Origin: Bacillota bacterium
Lineage (GTDB): Bacteria; Bacillota; Clostridia; Acetivibrionales; JAEXSP01
NCBI GenBank assembly: GCA_023453795.1
Contig: JAEXSP010000015.1
Span: forward strand, 116,465-180,464
Reading direction: 5' to 3'
DNA length: 64,000 nt
Shown here: piece by piece, positions 39,683-49,596 of the stretch
Layout: each line of letters starts with the position of its first letter
Numbering within the stretch: position 1 is the first letter of the stretch
Notes under the pieces: generated by a model
Database searches by the model: none
What the model was told of the DNA's origin: nothing
What the model saw: only the letters and a program-made list of their open reading frames with translations
Translations under genes and position numbers: made by a program

Positions 39683-39735
39683 CCTTGATAAAATATGCTC
39701 CTCTTTCAGATATAGAGGAGCATATTTTATCAAGG
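39683..39735. terminator. perfect 22-bp inverted repeat between convergent genes
   Basis: ccttgataaaatatgctcctct (39683-39704) pairs with agaggagcatattttatcaagg (39714-39735) across a 9-nt loop. The minus strand follows with ttttt. Confidence 0.7.
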
Positions 39736-39764
39736 AAGCTGTAATAAGACTCCATTTATCTCAA

Positions 39765-41558
39765 TCATTCCTTTGGAAGCAATATATCAACCCTTGTGCC
39801 CTTACCGGGAGAGCTCTCAACCTTAATGCCGTATTCTTCACCGTAAAACACCTTAATCCTCTGATAGACATTTACTAGGCCTATATGGCTTTCAGCCTTA
39901 TTGTCAATCTCCTTCAGTGATTCGACAAGCCTGTCCAGCTCATCTTCCTTCATTCCCGAACCATTGTCTGCAACCGAAATACGAAGAAAATCCCCCGTTT
40001 CAATAACCGACACGGAAACAAGACCGGGTACTGATGAGTTCTCAAGTCCATGGACAAGAGCGTTTTCTACGATAGGTTGTATAAGCAGCGGAAGTATTTT
40101 CCTCTTTTCAAGGTTATATGGGCATTCCACGGTATAAGCTATCCTGTCGCCAAACCTGAATCTCTGAATTTCAAGGTATGCCCGTACTGTGTTTATTTCA
40201 TCAATCAGGTAAATCTGTTCATTGCCGAGCTTAAGGTTCTGCCTGATTATTCTCCCAAGCAGCATTACGATTTCGGCTATCTCGGTATTACCTGTACACA
40301 GCGCCTTCATTCTGACGGATTCCAGGGTATTAAACAGGAAATGAGGATTTATCTTGCTTATAAGCATTTTTAATTCCATTTCCTTTTGGTTGATTACCAG
40401 CTGTTTATTTTGAAGATTGACTCTTAGATTGTCCCTTGACAAATCATTCAGGTTTTTAACCATTCGGTTTAAATTTGAGGAGAGGGAGCCGATTTCGTCA
40501 TTCCCGCTTATTTTCGATATGTGATCCAGCTTTCCGGATGCAACTGTCTGCATGTCCATAGTCAGCTTCTTGATCCTTCTGCTTATAATATGTGAGAAAA
40601 GTATAATAATCACAACCGAAAGAAAAAGGCTAGAAAATGTGATAAGCAGCGAAGTATTCCTGATCTTTCGGGCCGATGAGGTAATATATTTGAGAGGGTA
40701 AATGCAGATTACCGAGAATTTCTCATCGTATTGGGTTGATGAAAGCACATTGAAGGTAATTTTACAAACCCGGTTTTTAAAAGTAACCTTTTCCGAATAC
40801 TGCGAGCCTTTATGGAATTTTGCATTTCCTAACACCTGTTCAAGCTTCCTGCCTTCAAAGCTTTTATTTTTTGCGGAAATGATATTTGCGGAATCGTCGC
40901 AAAGCAGTATGTCAAACTTCTCCTGTTCAAGAAATGCTGAAAGGTTATCCATGTTTACGTCAATTACCAGAACACCAAGAGGCTGCCCCATCTGGCTTTT
41001 AACAAATCTTATCAGGCATAATTGCTTACGGTTCCTTTGTTTGATAACTACCTCGTTCGTAATGTAACGCCATAGTATACGTCCCTTTTTATTTAAAGCG
41101 GATTTGAACCATTCCAGTTTCTCAATATCCTGAGTAACCGGAATAAACTCCCAATTATTCAGCAGAGACTTATTAAAGGAATAAAGTCTTATATAGGAAA
41201 TTTCACTATATAACCTTCTGAAGTCGGAAAACTCGCTGTATTTATTATAATCCCTTATTATATCCGCAGTTTTTGTGTATTGGGTGTTTAGAATCTTCTG
41301 AAGGTTTTCTTCGTAATACAGCTTGTTTGATATGTCAATCGGTATTTTAAGCGTATATTCAAGCCTCTTGCACACTCTCTCCGAGCTTTCTTCAATCTCA
41401 GCCGATGTACGTGAAGCCTCAACGGCATAGAGTTTCCCGGATAAAATCAACCCGATTGCAAGCACAGGCAGAAATACAACGAACAGGTAGAAAACCAGAA
41501 GTTTGCCTCTCATGCTTATGCTATTGAATTTAAATAGAAAACTTTTAAACATAATCAT
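39765..41558 (-). CDS. sensor histidine kinase (YesM-like) with no adjacent response regulator
   Basis: Two TM segments, HAMP, 'KINPHFLFNTLESV' H-box, and 'ADNGSGM' and 'HIGLVNV' ATPase motifs. Confidence 0.85.
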   Translation of the reverse strand: MIMFKSFLFKFNSISMRGKLLVFYLFVVFLPVLAIGLILSGKLYAVEASRTSAEIEESSERVCKRLEYTLKIPIDISNKLYYEENLQKILNTQYTKTADIIRDYNKYSEFSDFRRLYSEISYIRLYSFNKSLLNNWEFIPVTQDIEKLEWFKSALNKKGRILWRYITNEVVIKQRNRKQLCLIRFVKSQMGQPLGVLVIDVNMDNLSAFLEQEKFDILLCDDSANIISAKNKSFEGRKLEQVLGNAKFHKGSQYSEKVTFKNRVCKITFNVLSSTQYDEKFSVICIYPLKYITSSARKIRNTSLLITFSSLFLSVVIIILFSHIISRRIKKLTMDMQTVASGKLDHISKISGNDEIGSLSSNLNRMVKNLNDLSRDNLRVNLQNKQLVINQKEMELKMLISKINPHFLFNTLESVRMKALCTGNTEIAEIVMLLGRIIRQNLKLGNEQIYLIDEINTVRAYLEIQRFRFGDRIAYTVECPYNLEKRKILPLLIQPIVENALVHGLENSSVPGLVSVSVIETGDFLRISVADNGSGMKEDELDRLVESLKEIDNKAESHIGLVNVYQRIKVFYGEEYGIKVESSPGKGTRVDILLPKE

Positions 41559-41677
41559 ATTGAAAACATTTTATAACGAAACGCAAGCAGATTCAATAAT
41601 ATTGTAATTTATGCAACTATATACAGGTTTATTTTTCGGCCTACACATTGTAAAATAATATAACGGGAGGCAAATTT

Positions 41678-43348
41678 ATGAAGAATGCTTTGTGTTTTAC
41701 TATCTGTATACTGCTTCTGCTTTCGTCCGTCTCAGGCTGCGGAAAAAACAATACCGGCCAAAGACGACAAACTACAGATACAGCCTCAGACAGTCCTATT
41801 ACTTTTTCCTTTTTTGATATAGACCAGAATCAAAACTATGAAAACATGCAAAGCGTGGTAGGCAGGAGAATAACCAAGCTGACCGGGGTGACGTTAAAAT
41901 ATGAGTTTCCTGTCGGGGATGCGGCTCAGAAGATATCATTAATGGCAGCAAGCGGGGATTATCCGGATCTGATTTTTGCCGGGCAGAACGTCGGTACCCT
42001 TGTATCCGCGGGAGCACTACTCGATCTGACTGACCTTATTGAACAGTATGGGCCGAATATAAAGAAAATGTACGGCAAATACCTGATCCGGAACAGATAC
42101 TCAAAGGAGGACAAGTCCATATACTTTTTGGGGAGCGATCCCGTCAATGAGGAGAAGATGTTTCCAATGACAGGGTTCGAGCTTCAGCACGCAGTTGTAA
42201 AAGAACTTGGGTTTCCTAAAATGCGAACCATTTATGACCTTGAAAATGCAGTCAGAAATTATGTTAGAAAGCACCCGACAATTGACGGGCAGAAGACCAT
42301 AGGAATGTCTCTTGTTCCTGAAGACTGGCGTTTCTCTGTTTCTATCACAGATCCTTCAAATCTGGCAACCGGGCACCCTGATGACGGCGAATTCTGTATC
42401 GACCCCAAAACCTATGAAGCTAAGCTGCATTACTTCAAGGAAGGAAACAAGGCTTATTTCAAATGGCTAAATAAAATGTACAATGAAGGCTTGCTCGATC
42501 CCGAAAGCTTTGTACAGAAATATGATCAGTACCAGGCAAAAATCGCTTCCGGGAGAGTGCTTGCACTTTCTGACCAGTATTGGTCGTTCGAGCTTCCCGA
42601 AAAAGCCCTCAGAGATTTGGGGAAACCCGAAAGAACATATGGAATGTACCCTCTGACAATAAGCGAAAACACTAAGCATGCTGATTTTCAGAAATCCGGT
42701 TTCAGCGGCGGTATCGGAATATCCATAAGCAAGGACTGCAAAGACCCTGTAAGAGCGATTAAATTTCTGGACTGGATGTGCACCGATGAGGCTCAGGTGC
42801 TGATTAATTGGGGAATAGAAGGAATTCACTACAAGGTGAAAAACGGGAAAAGAATTATCCCTCACAGTGAATGGAGGAAGAGGAACACGGATCCGAACTA
42901 TTTCAAAAATACAGGAATAGATGTATACGTCTATCCGTTTCCAAGGCATGGCGATGGTGCTTTAGACCCGACAGGAAACACATATACCACCATAACCGAA
43001 AACACCCTGACTGAAAAATATTCGGACATCGAAAAAGAAGTTTTAAAGCACTACGGCGCCAAGACATGGAAGGATCTATATCCCAAGGCATCAGAGTTCA
43101 TGGAAAAACCATGGGGGGCTGCATGGCAGATAAATGTGCCTCAGTATTCAGAGCTGAATCTTATAAATCAGAAGCTGAGAGATATTATACGGTCAAAAAT
43201 ACCGGTAATAGTTACAAGCCCAGCCTACAATTTCGAATCCGAATATAGCAGCTTTCTGAAACAGTTGGAGGATGCGGATGTACATAAAGCAGAAAAAGAG
43301 TTCACAAAGCTTGTAAAGGAAAGGGTAAGCCTCTGGAAGGATAAATAA
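41678..43348 (+). CDS. ABC transporter extracellular solute-binding lipoprotein (large LplA-like type)
   Basis: Lipobox 'LLSSVSGCGKNN'. 556 aa. Similar in architecture to 16490..18016. Confidence 0.75.
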   Translation: MKNALCFTICILLLLSSVSGCGKNNTGQRRQTTDTASDSPITFSFFDIDQNQNYENMQSVVGRRITKLTGVTLKYEFPVGDAAQKISLMAASGDYPDLIFAGQNVGTLVSAGALLDLTDLIEQYGPNIKKMYGKYLIRNRYSKEDKSIYFLGSDPVNEEKMFPMTGFELQHAVVKELGFPKMRTIYDLENAVRNYVRKHPTIDGQKTIGMSLVPEDWRFSVSITDPSNLATGHPDDGEFCIDPKTYEAKLHYFKEGNKAYFKWLNKMYNEGLLDPESFVQKYDQYQAKIASGRVLALSDQYWSFELPEKALRDLGKPERTYGMYPLTISENTKHADFQKSGFSGGIGISISKDCKDPVRAIKFLDWMCTDEAQVLINWGIEGIHYKVKNGKRIIPHSEWRKRNTDPNYFKNTGIDVYVYPFPRHGDGALDPTGNTYTTITENTLTEKYSDIEKEVLKHYGAKTWKDLYPKASEFMEKPWGAAWQINVPQYSELNLINQKLRDIIRSKIPVIVTSPAYNFESEYSSFLKQLEDADVHKAEKEFTKLVKERVSLWKDK

Positions 43349-43519
43349 TACCCTTTATGGGGCGCCTATATATTCGGACTGTATTTAATAGTTTATCCCA
43401 TGGGAAAAACCAAATATACAGCCAGGCTATTAAATTACCTCCTGTAAAGCATAGTGCCTTTCCGGAGTAATTGCCAGACACTTAATGTTTACAGTTAATC
43501 GTCTTTCCCAGATATAAAT

Positions 43520-43560
43520 AAACCGGTCGGCTTGCCGAATTCTCGCAAGTTGACCGGTTT
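43520..43560. terminator. hairpin terminator between convergent genes
   Basis: aaaccggtc...gaccggttt with an inner cttgc/gcaag stem. T-rich sequence follows on the minus strand. Confidence 0.65.
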
Positions 43561-43624
43561 CTATGTGCTATCTACATTTTATTCCCATATATAAATATAC
43601 TATATCCCTTAAAGCGTTTCTCTA

Positions 43625-45943
43625 TTATTTTGGCCGTGTCAGCAGATATATTTTCAGTGCGGCGAAATCCAAGGCATCTACAAAACCATCTGAATTATAG
43701 TCCGCAGCTTTCAAGGCATCTCCCGTGAGAAGCTGTGCTTTGACAAGATGCATTTTAAGGCAGGCGAAATCCAATGCGTCTACCACTTTATCATTATTTA
43801 CATCACCCAATATAATTTTGGTCGGTGTAGTTCCATCAGGTTCAATACCGCCTACAAGAACACCGGAATCATAAACACAGATATGATCCGTTTTCACCGG
43901 AGTCCCCTTCCAGCTGTCCTCAACAATACTAAGTCCCTGATGACTCCAGTCATCTGTTGGATCCCAGTAATTCTGCCAAGCATAGGTGCCGAGAGCAAAC
44001 TGGTATTTTTTGTTGGAATCGGCTATTGCGTAGCCAGGCCAGGTTACTTCGACATAGTAAATATTATCAGAATTTTTGTACTTTTGAATACCTGAAAGTG
44101 AAGCCTTATAGTTTGTTTCTACCGCCGCCTGGTCATACAGCTGCCTTAGTTCCATTTTGTTCGGGTCAAGAGATGTCATTCCTGTAGCATCAAAAAAGTA
44201 TCTGACGGAAATGTTCTTTGATGGTACGGTAACAGAATCAGAACGCACATACAAAGTAACTTCCGTAGCTTTCGGCCCATCGGACTGCTTAATATCCACA
44301 CCGAAGCCTTCCACCCAATAGGTAGGAGTGCCTGTTGGATCCTGGCTTGGTGGTGGAGGGAAATTCGGAGTAATTTGCATTGAAGCATCACCGAAATAAC
44401 GGTAAAGGCCGGCACATGCTCCGACGAATGCAGCATTATAATCTATTGCAACCTCATTATAAACATAATCCGCTGTGGTATCGTTGTGCTGGTCTTTTGA
44501 GTCAGGACCGCCTACCAATGCACCGTAAAGTACATATTTCTGAGGTTTTGTTTCTTCACATCTCGATAAGCCCGATGCTGCTCTATGATGCGGATATTTT
44601 ACCGATATGTCACTGTACCCGACGATATAACAACGGTTTAACGGATTATTGCCCATCAGATAATTCATTTGCGATTTTGCCCACTCACCGTATTTTGATG
44701 CTTTATCCCCATGGTGTTTGTCATAAACAAGGGCTAAAAGCTGAGTTGCTGTATTATACCTGGCTGAACCCCATTGGCTGAGGAATGAATAACCTGCAGG
44801 TGTTAAAGTCGGAGTTCTGCCTGTCATCCAATTATCTACGGTTTTGGCTATCTGGCTCCAGAAGTCAATTTCCTCGTAAGGACTCTTGCCTGTAGCTTCT
44901 CTATACCTGTTTTCATATACTTGTCCGTCTTTATCGTTCATATCGTTTATTTCTGCCAAAACACACATTGTACCTGCCCACACATCATTCCAGCAGTGAG
45001 TCCAGCATGAAGGCGCATAATAATCCAGATTCTTGAATACCACATCCAGGTAATGATCGTCTGCTGTTGCCAGATAAAGCCATGCTGCAGCCCAGCAGTA
45101 GTCATCCTGCCATTTTAAGGATGTGTAATAACCCCCGGGGCCATCTGCGTTGCATGATTTAGTAGGGCACCTTTCGGCAAACTCAAATAAGGCTTTTGCA
45201 TATTTAAGGCATTTCGCCGCATAGTTCGGATCCTCAGCCTTAAAATTCATATAGTTTACTGCCAGAGAAGCTGCTGCTGCGGATACACAGTCGGTAGAGG
45301 GCAGTGCATCAGTTGCAAACCACCCTCTTCTGAACATATCATCCATTTCAGGTGCCTGCCAGGTCCGATGGTCAACATCACCATCCCCTACCTGATAGCA
45401 GAATGCGATCGCCTTGCCTGACTTATCCAGGAAGGTACACCTCATAAAATAGTCGTTGAAATACCTTAAAATTGTCTTGGTATGCTTGTCCTGCTGCGTA
45501 GCTTCATATTGTTCTCTGAATTCATAGAACCCCCACCCTACAGTGGAGCCTGCATAGGCCTCAGGCATACCGAATTTTACATGATCACCGGCATCGTGAA
45601 AGCCGCCCGAAACATCTACTGTTCCGTCTCCGTCCGGATCAAGTGTACTCTTGTTGGCTTCGATAAAGCTTGCGGACATATTAGTATTTTTGTCATCAAG
45701 AGGAAGCTTCGCATCATAAGTATGGCAATTGTGCCTCCACTGGTACAAGGTATTTCCGTCAACACCGGTGCCGCACATGTTCGCATCGTAAAAATACTGG
45801 GAATACTGCAATGCTTTTGCATAATTATATTCCAGATCCGCAGCGTTAACGGTCAACGTGCCGGCAGAGCCAAGCGTACTGAAAGTCAAAATACCTGTCA
45901 TCAAAGTTCCGATTATCTTCGAAAAAACTTTTCTCTTTTTCAT
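43625..45943 (-). CDS. cellulosomal family 9 endoglucanase (GH9-CBM3c-dockerin)
   Basis: Signal peptide. GH9 motifs 'GGFHDAGDHVKFG', 'HHRAASG' and 'DYVYNEVAIDYNAAF'. CBM3c-like module. Dockerin repeats 'GDVNNDKVVDALDFACLKMHL' and 'DYNSDGFVDALDFAALKIYL'. Confidence 0.9.
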   Translation of the reverse strand: MKKRKVFSKIIGTLMTGILTFSTLGSAGTLTVNAADLEYNYAKALQYSQYFYDANMCGTGVDGNTLYQWRHNCHTYDAKLPLDDKNTNMSASFIEANKSTLDPDGDGTVDVSGGFHDAGDHVKFGMPEAYAGSTVGWGFYEFREQYEATQQDKHTKTILRYFNDYFMRCTFLDKSGKAIAFCYQVGDGDVDHRTWQAPEMDDMFRRGWFATDALPSTDCVSAAAASLAVNYMNFKAEDPNYAAKCLKYAKALFEFAERCPTKSCNADGPGGYYTSLKWQDDYCWAAAWLYLATADDHYLDVVFKNLDYYAPSCWTHCWNDVWAGTMCVLAEINDMNDKDGQVYENRYREATGKSPYEEIDFWSQIAKTVDNWMTGRTPTLTPAGYSFLSQWGSARYNTATQLLALVYDKHHGDKASKYGEWAKSQMNYLMGNNPLNRCYIVGYSDISVKYPHHRAASGLSRCEETKPQKYVLYGALVGGPDSKDQHNDTTADYVYNEVAIDYNAAFVGACAGLYRYFGDASMQITPNFPPPPSQDPTGTPTYWVEGFGVDIKQSDGPKATEVTLYVRSDSVTVPSKNISVRYFFDATGMTSLDPNKMELRQLYDQAAVETNYKASLSGIQKYKNSDNIYYVEVTWPGYAIADSNKKYQFALGTYAWQNYWDPTDDWSHQGLSIVEDSWKGTPVKTDHICVYDSGVLVGGIEPDGTTPTKIILGDVNNDKVVDALDFACLKMHLVKAQLLTGDALKAADYNSDGFVDALDFAALKIYLLTRPK

Positions 45944-46212
45944 CCTTAAACCTTCCTTCCCAATATATTATTGTTGGAATGAAATAATTGTCCAGTTTAA
46001 GTAATTCGAATAAATATATTGTTTTGAGTGGGTCTGGGGGTATGGCACAACACATAATAATGCATACCCCAGAGGGGGCATATAATTGGCACAGGCCTTT
46101 GTATGATTGTATTCGGCACTTTCCAAAGCTGTAGGAATTTATTGAAAATAAGACACATGAGTTATATAATAAACTAAATATGAATCAATGTTATAATAGA
46201 GGAAATTTACAT

Positions 46213-47868
46213 ATGGTAAAAGTAAGCCGTAAGTCGCTAGGTATATATATAGTTCTGATTACATGCGCCTTAGTATTTTTAAACATTAGTGTTTTTGCCC
46301 TGCAGGATATAATAATAACCAATCCCGGCGGCAACGGATACTTTTTACAGTCATCGGAATCTTACCCTTCTGCTATCATACGAGCCACTGTTTCCGGGAA
46401 CCCAACTTCAGTACAAGCCTATTATGTCAGCAGAACCTCTAATTCGGATAATACCTTAAAAGAATCCCTAATTGGCACATTGACAAGAGAAGGCTCGACC
46501 AATTGCTATTCCGGCACATTTACATTCCAATCCTGGTTTTTCCCCCATATGCAATTTCCGAATCGTTCAGTATTTGCTGCTGATACACCTCATATAAAAA
46601 TATATGCAACCGACTCAGCAGGAACCGATTCTCAAATTATTAATGCGGTAATATGTAAAGGCACCATGGAAACTTATAAAAAAATGGATGATACATTTTT
46701 CTACACTAATGAAACTTCGAATTCGTTCATGGGTGCCGGAACCGGACACCCCACACATGACAGCGTCAATCCTGCATGGACTTACAATTGTTTGTCATTT
46801 GCATTACAGAAGACATGCAGCGGCTGGCTGTGGCCTTGGTCAGGGAACCCGTCTAATGAACAATTAAAAACTACCATGTCGGAATATGGATATACCATCT
46901 GCAGCCGGACTCCGATACCCGGTGCTGCAGTAATATACTATTCCGGGGGCCATTTTGCAAGAGTAATCGAGTGGGATGCCGACGAAATGCCTAAAACAAT
47001 AATCTCAAAATGGGGTGGAATGGAACTGATAAAAAGCAACAGCACCAATCCATTTACTTCATCCAGATATAAGTCTGCATATTATTATTTCAAACCGGCG
47101 GCAAGCCCCGGTGGACTGCCTGAAAGTGCCGAATATAATGAAGACACAGGTAATTACTATGATATGGGTATAGTAGACTGGGACTCTGTAAATAAGCAAT
47201 ACAAAATCAAGGAGGCTTCCATATTAAAAAGGAATGCTCTGTTTACAAAAAAAATGACTAAGGAAGAATGGGTTGATTTGCATAAAGATAGCACAAATCC
47301 AGTCGATAAAGCATTAATAAAATATTATGAAGCATATAAAAACTATTCGAATAAGCATCCTGAAATTTTAAACAGCTCAAAATGGGAAGTCGGAGAGGAT
47401 GGTCCTCTAAAAATAATTACCGATTTAGGGATAGAAAAATTACCTCAGTTGATCGGATATGTCCAAAAAGATAATCCGTTCACTGTACCTGTCATGATAG
47501 CCATTGAAAAAATAGCTAAGACGAGAATAGGTGATATAGACCCAAGCGACAGCGGTGTAATCAGCTGGAAAAGAAGTTGGAATACCGTGGTTGCAAACTC
47601 TGAATCCAGATTTTATGCTGTTGTAAAAAACCTAAAGGGAAACAAAGCAGCTGACCAGAGTAAAATAACCAGCAGCTTCCAAGGTTTAGGTATATTCGCT
47701 CTTCCCTTTGTTTATAATGAAGTAGTCAATAAATCAAATACTGCTTTAGCGAAATATGCCGATTATTATTTACCCAAAGGTCATTTAAAAGCAATAAAGC
47801 TTCAGCAGGAGCTTGCTGGCTATAAAGCCGATATATCGGTAATTAAGGGTCTATTGAATAAAAAGTAA
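46213..47868 (+). CDS. secreted hypothetical protein with possible papain-fold (CHAP/NlpC-like) Cys-His module
   Basis: Signal/TM 'LGIYIVLITCALVFLNISVFA'. Candidate nucleophile 'WTYNCLSFAL' and His 'GGHFARVIEW'. The C-terminal 220 aa are unassigned. Confidence 0.45.
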   Translation: MVKVSRKSLGIYIVLITCALVFLNISVFALQDIIITNPGGNGYFLQSSESYPSAIIRATVSGNPTSVQAYYVSRTSNSDNTLKESLIGTLTREGSTNCYSGTFTFQSWFFPHMQFPNRSVFAADTPHIKIYATDSAGTDSQIINAVICKGTMETYKKMDDTFFYTNETSNSFMGAGTGHPTHDSVNPAWTYNCLSFALQKTCSGWLWPWSGNPSNEQLKTTMSEYGYTICSRTPIPGAAVIYYSGGHFARVIEWDADEMPKTIISKWGGMELIKSNSTNPFTSSRYKSAYYYFKPAASPGGLPESAEYNEDTGNYYDMGIVDWDSVNKQYKIKEASILKRNALFTKKMTKEEWVDLHKDSTNPVDKALIKYYEAYKNYSNKHPEILNSSKWEVGEDGPLKIITDLGIEKLPQLIGYVQKDNPFTVPVMIAIEKIAKTRIGDIDPSDSGVISWKRSWNTVVANSESRFYAVVKNLKGNKAADQSKITSSFQGLGIFALPFVYNEVVNKSNTALAKYADYYLPKGHLKAIKLQQELAGYKADISVIKGLLNKK

Positions 47869-47985
47869 GGGTCTATTTGACTCTTTTTTTTCGAGCAGTT
47901 CTCGGCATGGATATGTCATCAAGCAACTGTAAATAATTATTAACTGTCCTAATCAACAATCAACTAAATTACGTCCATTTCTAGA

Positions 47986-48564
47986 TCAGGATTGGCCTGT
48001 GTTTAACTGCTTCATAACATTTATTTTATAGAATCTGTGCTTGCTAATTATGTAATATATTAACCATCCAATCAATCCCCCTAATGTATTAAGTAGAATA
48101 TCATCAACATCTGCAACTTTATTTGGTACTCGAGTGATTACATTAATTAGTAATTGGACTATTTCAATGCCAATGCTTGTAATTAGTGTGTAGATAAGAG
48201 CTTTACTTAATCTCAAATTCCCTTTTTTAAAAATCGAAATAAAAAATGGTAATGGCAATAGAAGTAGAATATTACCTATTATCTGCATTTTCCATGTATG
48301 TGCGGAAACAACATCAAGAATTGTTTTGAAGGGGATAAGCTGATAATACCTATAGTCATACTGACTTAAGTCTTCTTTAAAAAATTGTATTGGCAACATT
48401 GTTTCTTTAAAAACACAGATTAAATAAGCAATAAAGAAAAATGAAATGCAAACCTGAAAAAATGAATAACCTTTCTTTCTTATATGTAAAAAATAAAATA
48501 ATAGTATAATGATAATGTATAATATAAGGAATGCTACTGGCTTTGGATCAAACATAAAACCCAT
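47986..48564 (-). CDS. VanZ-family membrane protein
   Basis: Four to five TM helices with the C-terminal 'DVDDILLNTLGGLIGW' motif. Confidence 0.7.
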   Translation of the reverse strand: MGFMFDPKPVAFLILYIIIILLFYFLHIRKKGYSFFQVCISFFFIAYLICVFKETMLPIQFFKEDLSQYDYRYYQLIPFKTILDVVSAHTWKMQIIGNILLLLPLPFFISIFKKGNLRLSKALIYTLITSIGIEIVQLLINVITRVPNKVADVDDILLNTLGGLIGWLIYYIISKHRFYKINVMKQLNTGQS

Positions 48565-48606
48565 TTTTTAGCCCTTTCTTTAAAAATTTTATAAGATAAG
48601 GAAAAC

Positions 48607-49401
48607 CTACCCAATCCTCTTGTTACCTTTCAGCTTGTAGTACATTACTGCATAAATGGAGCTTGCAAACGGAGTTATAAAAACCCGAATCATTTGATTC
48701 AACGAAGAAATAAGATATTTGTTAACTTCTGTAATTGCCTTATAGTCATTAAAAACGTACATGTACAAATAGTATGGAGCCGAGGAAACTACAATGACAA
48801 GAAATATAAGAAACACTACTCCCCAGAAATCACCCTCAACAAGCTTTTTACTTACAGAAAATGGATGCTTCTTACCTTTCTCAAAGATCACCATAAAGGG
48901 TGCAAATCCATAATTTGTACCAATATATACGGAAGGTATCGCAAAGATGCCAATCACCAACCACTTTATAAGCAAATCTTTAATAAGAAAAAAGGAACAG
49001 ATACCGCCGGCAATTGGTATAAGCAGAATTAAACACAATTCAATGCATACCCCTATGTACCTCCAAAACTTCTCCCTAGCTATGCTTAGTGCGCTTCTTA
49101 TGTCTATGTTTCTCTCTCTATACCTTTCCATAGCGCAGACATACGTGGCTATTGAGAGTTTAATACTAAAGTATAGAAACGGAAATACGGCGACAAATAA
49201 CAATAGCTTATATAAAGCAACCGCAGGAGTGTCCTTAAAAAGGTATTGAGCAACATCAAGTGTATCATTTGCAAAGTTAAGAAGGAATGCAAAGAAGGAT
49301 ATTTTGATAAAAAGTTTATAATTGTCCTTATATAGCTTTACAGCTTCGCTAATAACGCCAAATACACTCAATTTAGGTACTACAAATTTTTTCTCTTGCA
49401 T
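48607..49401 (-). CDS. hypothetical multi-pass membrane protein
   Basis: 264 aa with about six hydrophobic helices. No diagnostic motif recognised. Confidence 0.45.
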   Translation of the reverse strand: MQEKKFVVPKLSVFGVISEAVKLYKDNYKLFIKISFFAFLLNFANDTLDVAQYLFKDTPAVALYKLLLFVAVFPFLYFSIKLSIATYVCAMERYRERNIDIRSALSIAREKFWRYIGVCIELCLILLIPIAGGICSFFLIKDLLIKWLVIGIFAIPSVYIGTNYGFAPFMVIFEKGKKHPFSVSKKLVEGDFWGVVFLIFLVIVVSSAPYYLYMYVFNDYKAITEVNKYLISSLNQMIRVFITPFASSIYAVMYYKLKGNKRIG

Positions 49402-49596
49402 ATGAGTTCCCCTTTATTTATTACCTAGGATAATTTTATAAGAAACGAAAAGTAATTTAAAAGTCGTCACAATTAATGTGGCGACTTTGTAAATTTTTCA
49501 TCTTTTCTATCCTTACTATACCACAAAATGTGAAAAATTTCAAGTCTTGTACTGCCGGCGGCGTAATGGTATTTAATATTAGAGGTGATATTTATT

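Noticed and set aside
39268-39733. Several 60-150-aa ORFs on the minus strand and in other plus-strand frames across the GC-rich repeat. They give Pro/Ala/Gln-rich or Arg/Cys-rich translations.
   Set aside because: They are confined to the compositionally biased repeat and lack ribosome-binding sites, so they are frame shadows of the Gly/Ala/Cys coding repeat. The 39068..39676 frame has a strong SD and continues through normal-composition sequence.
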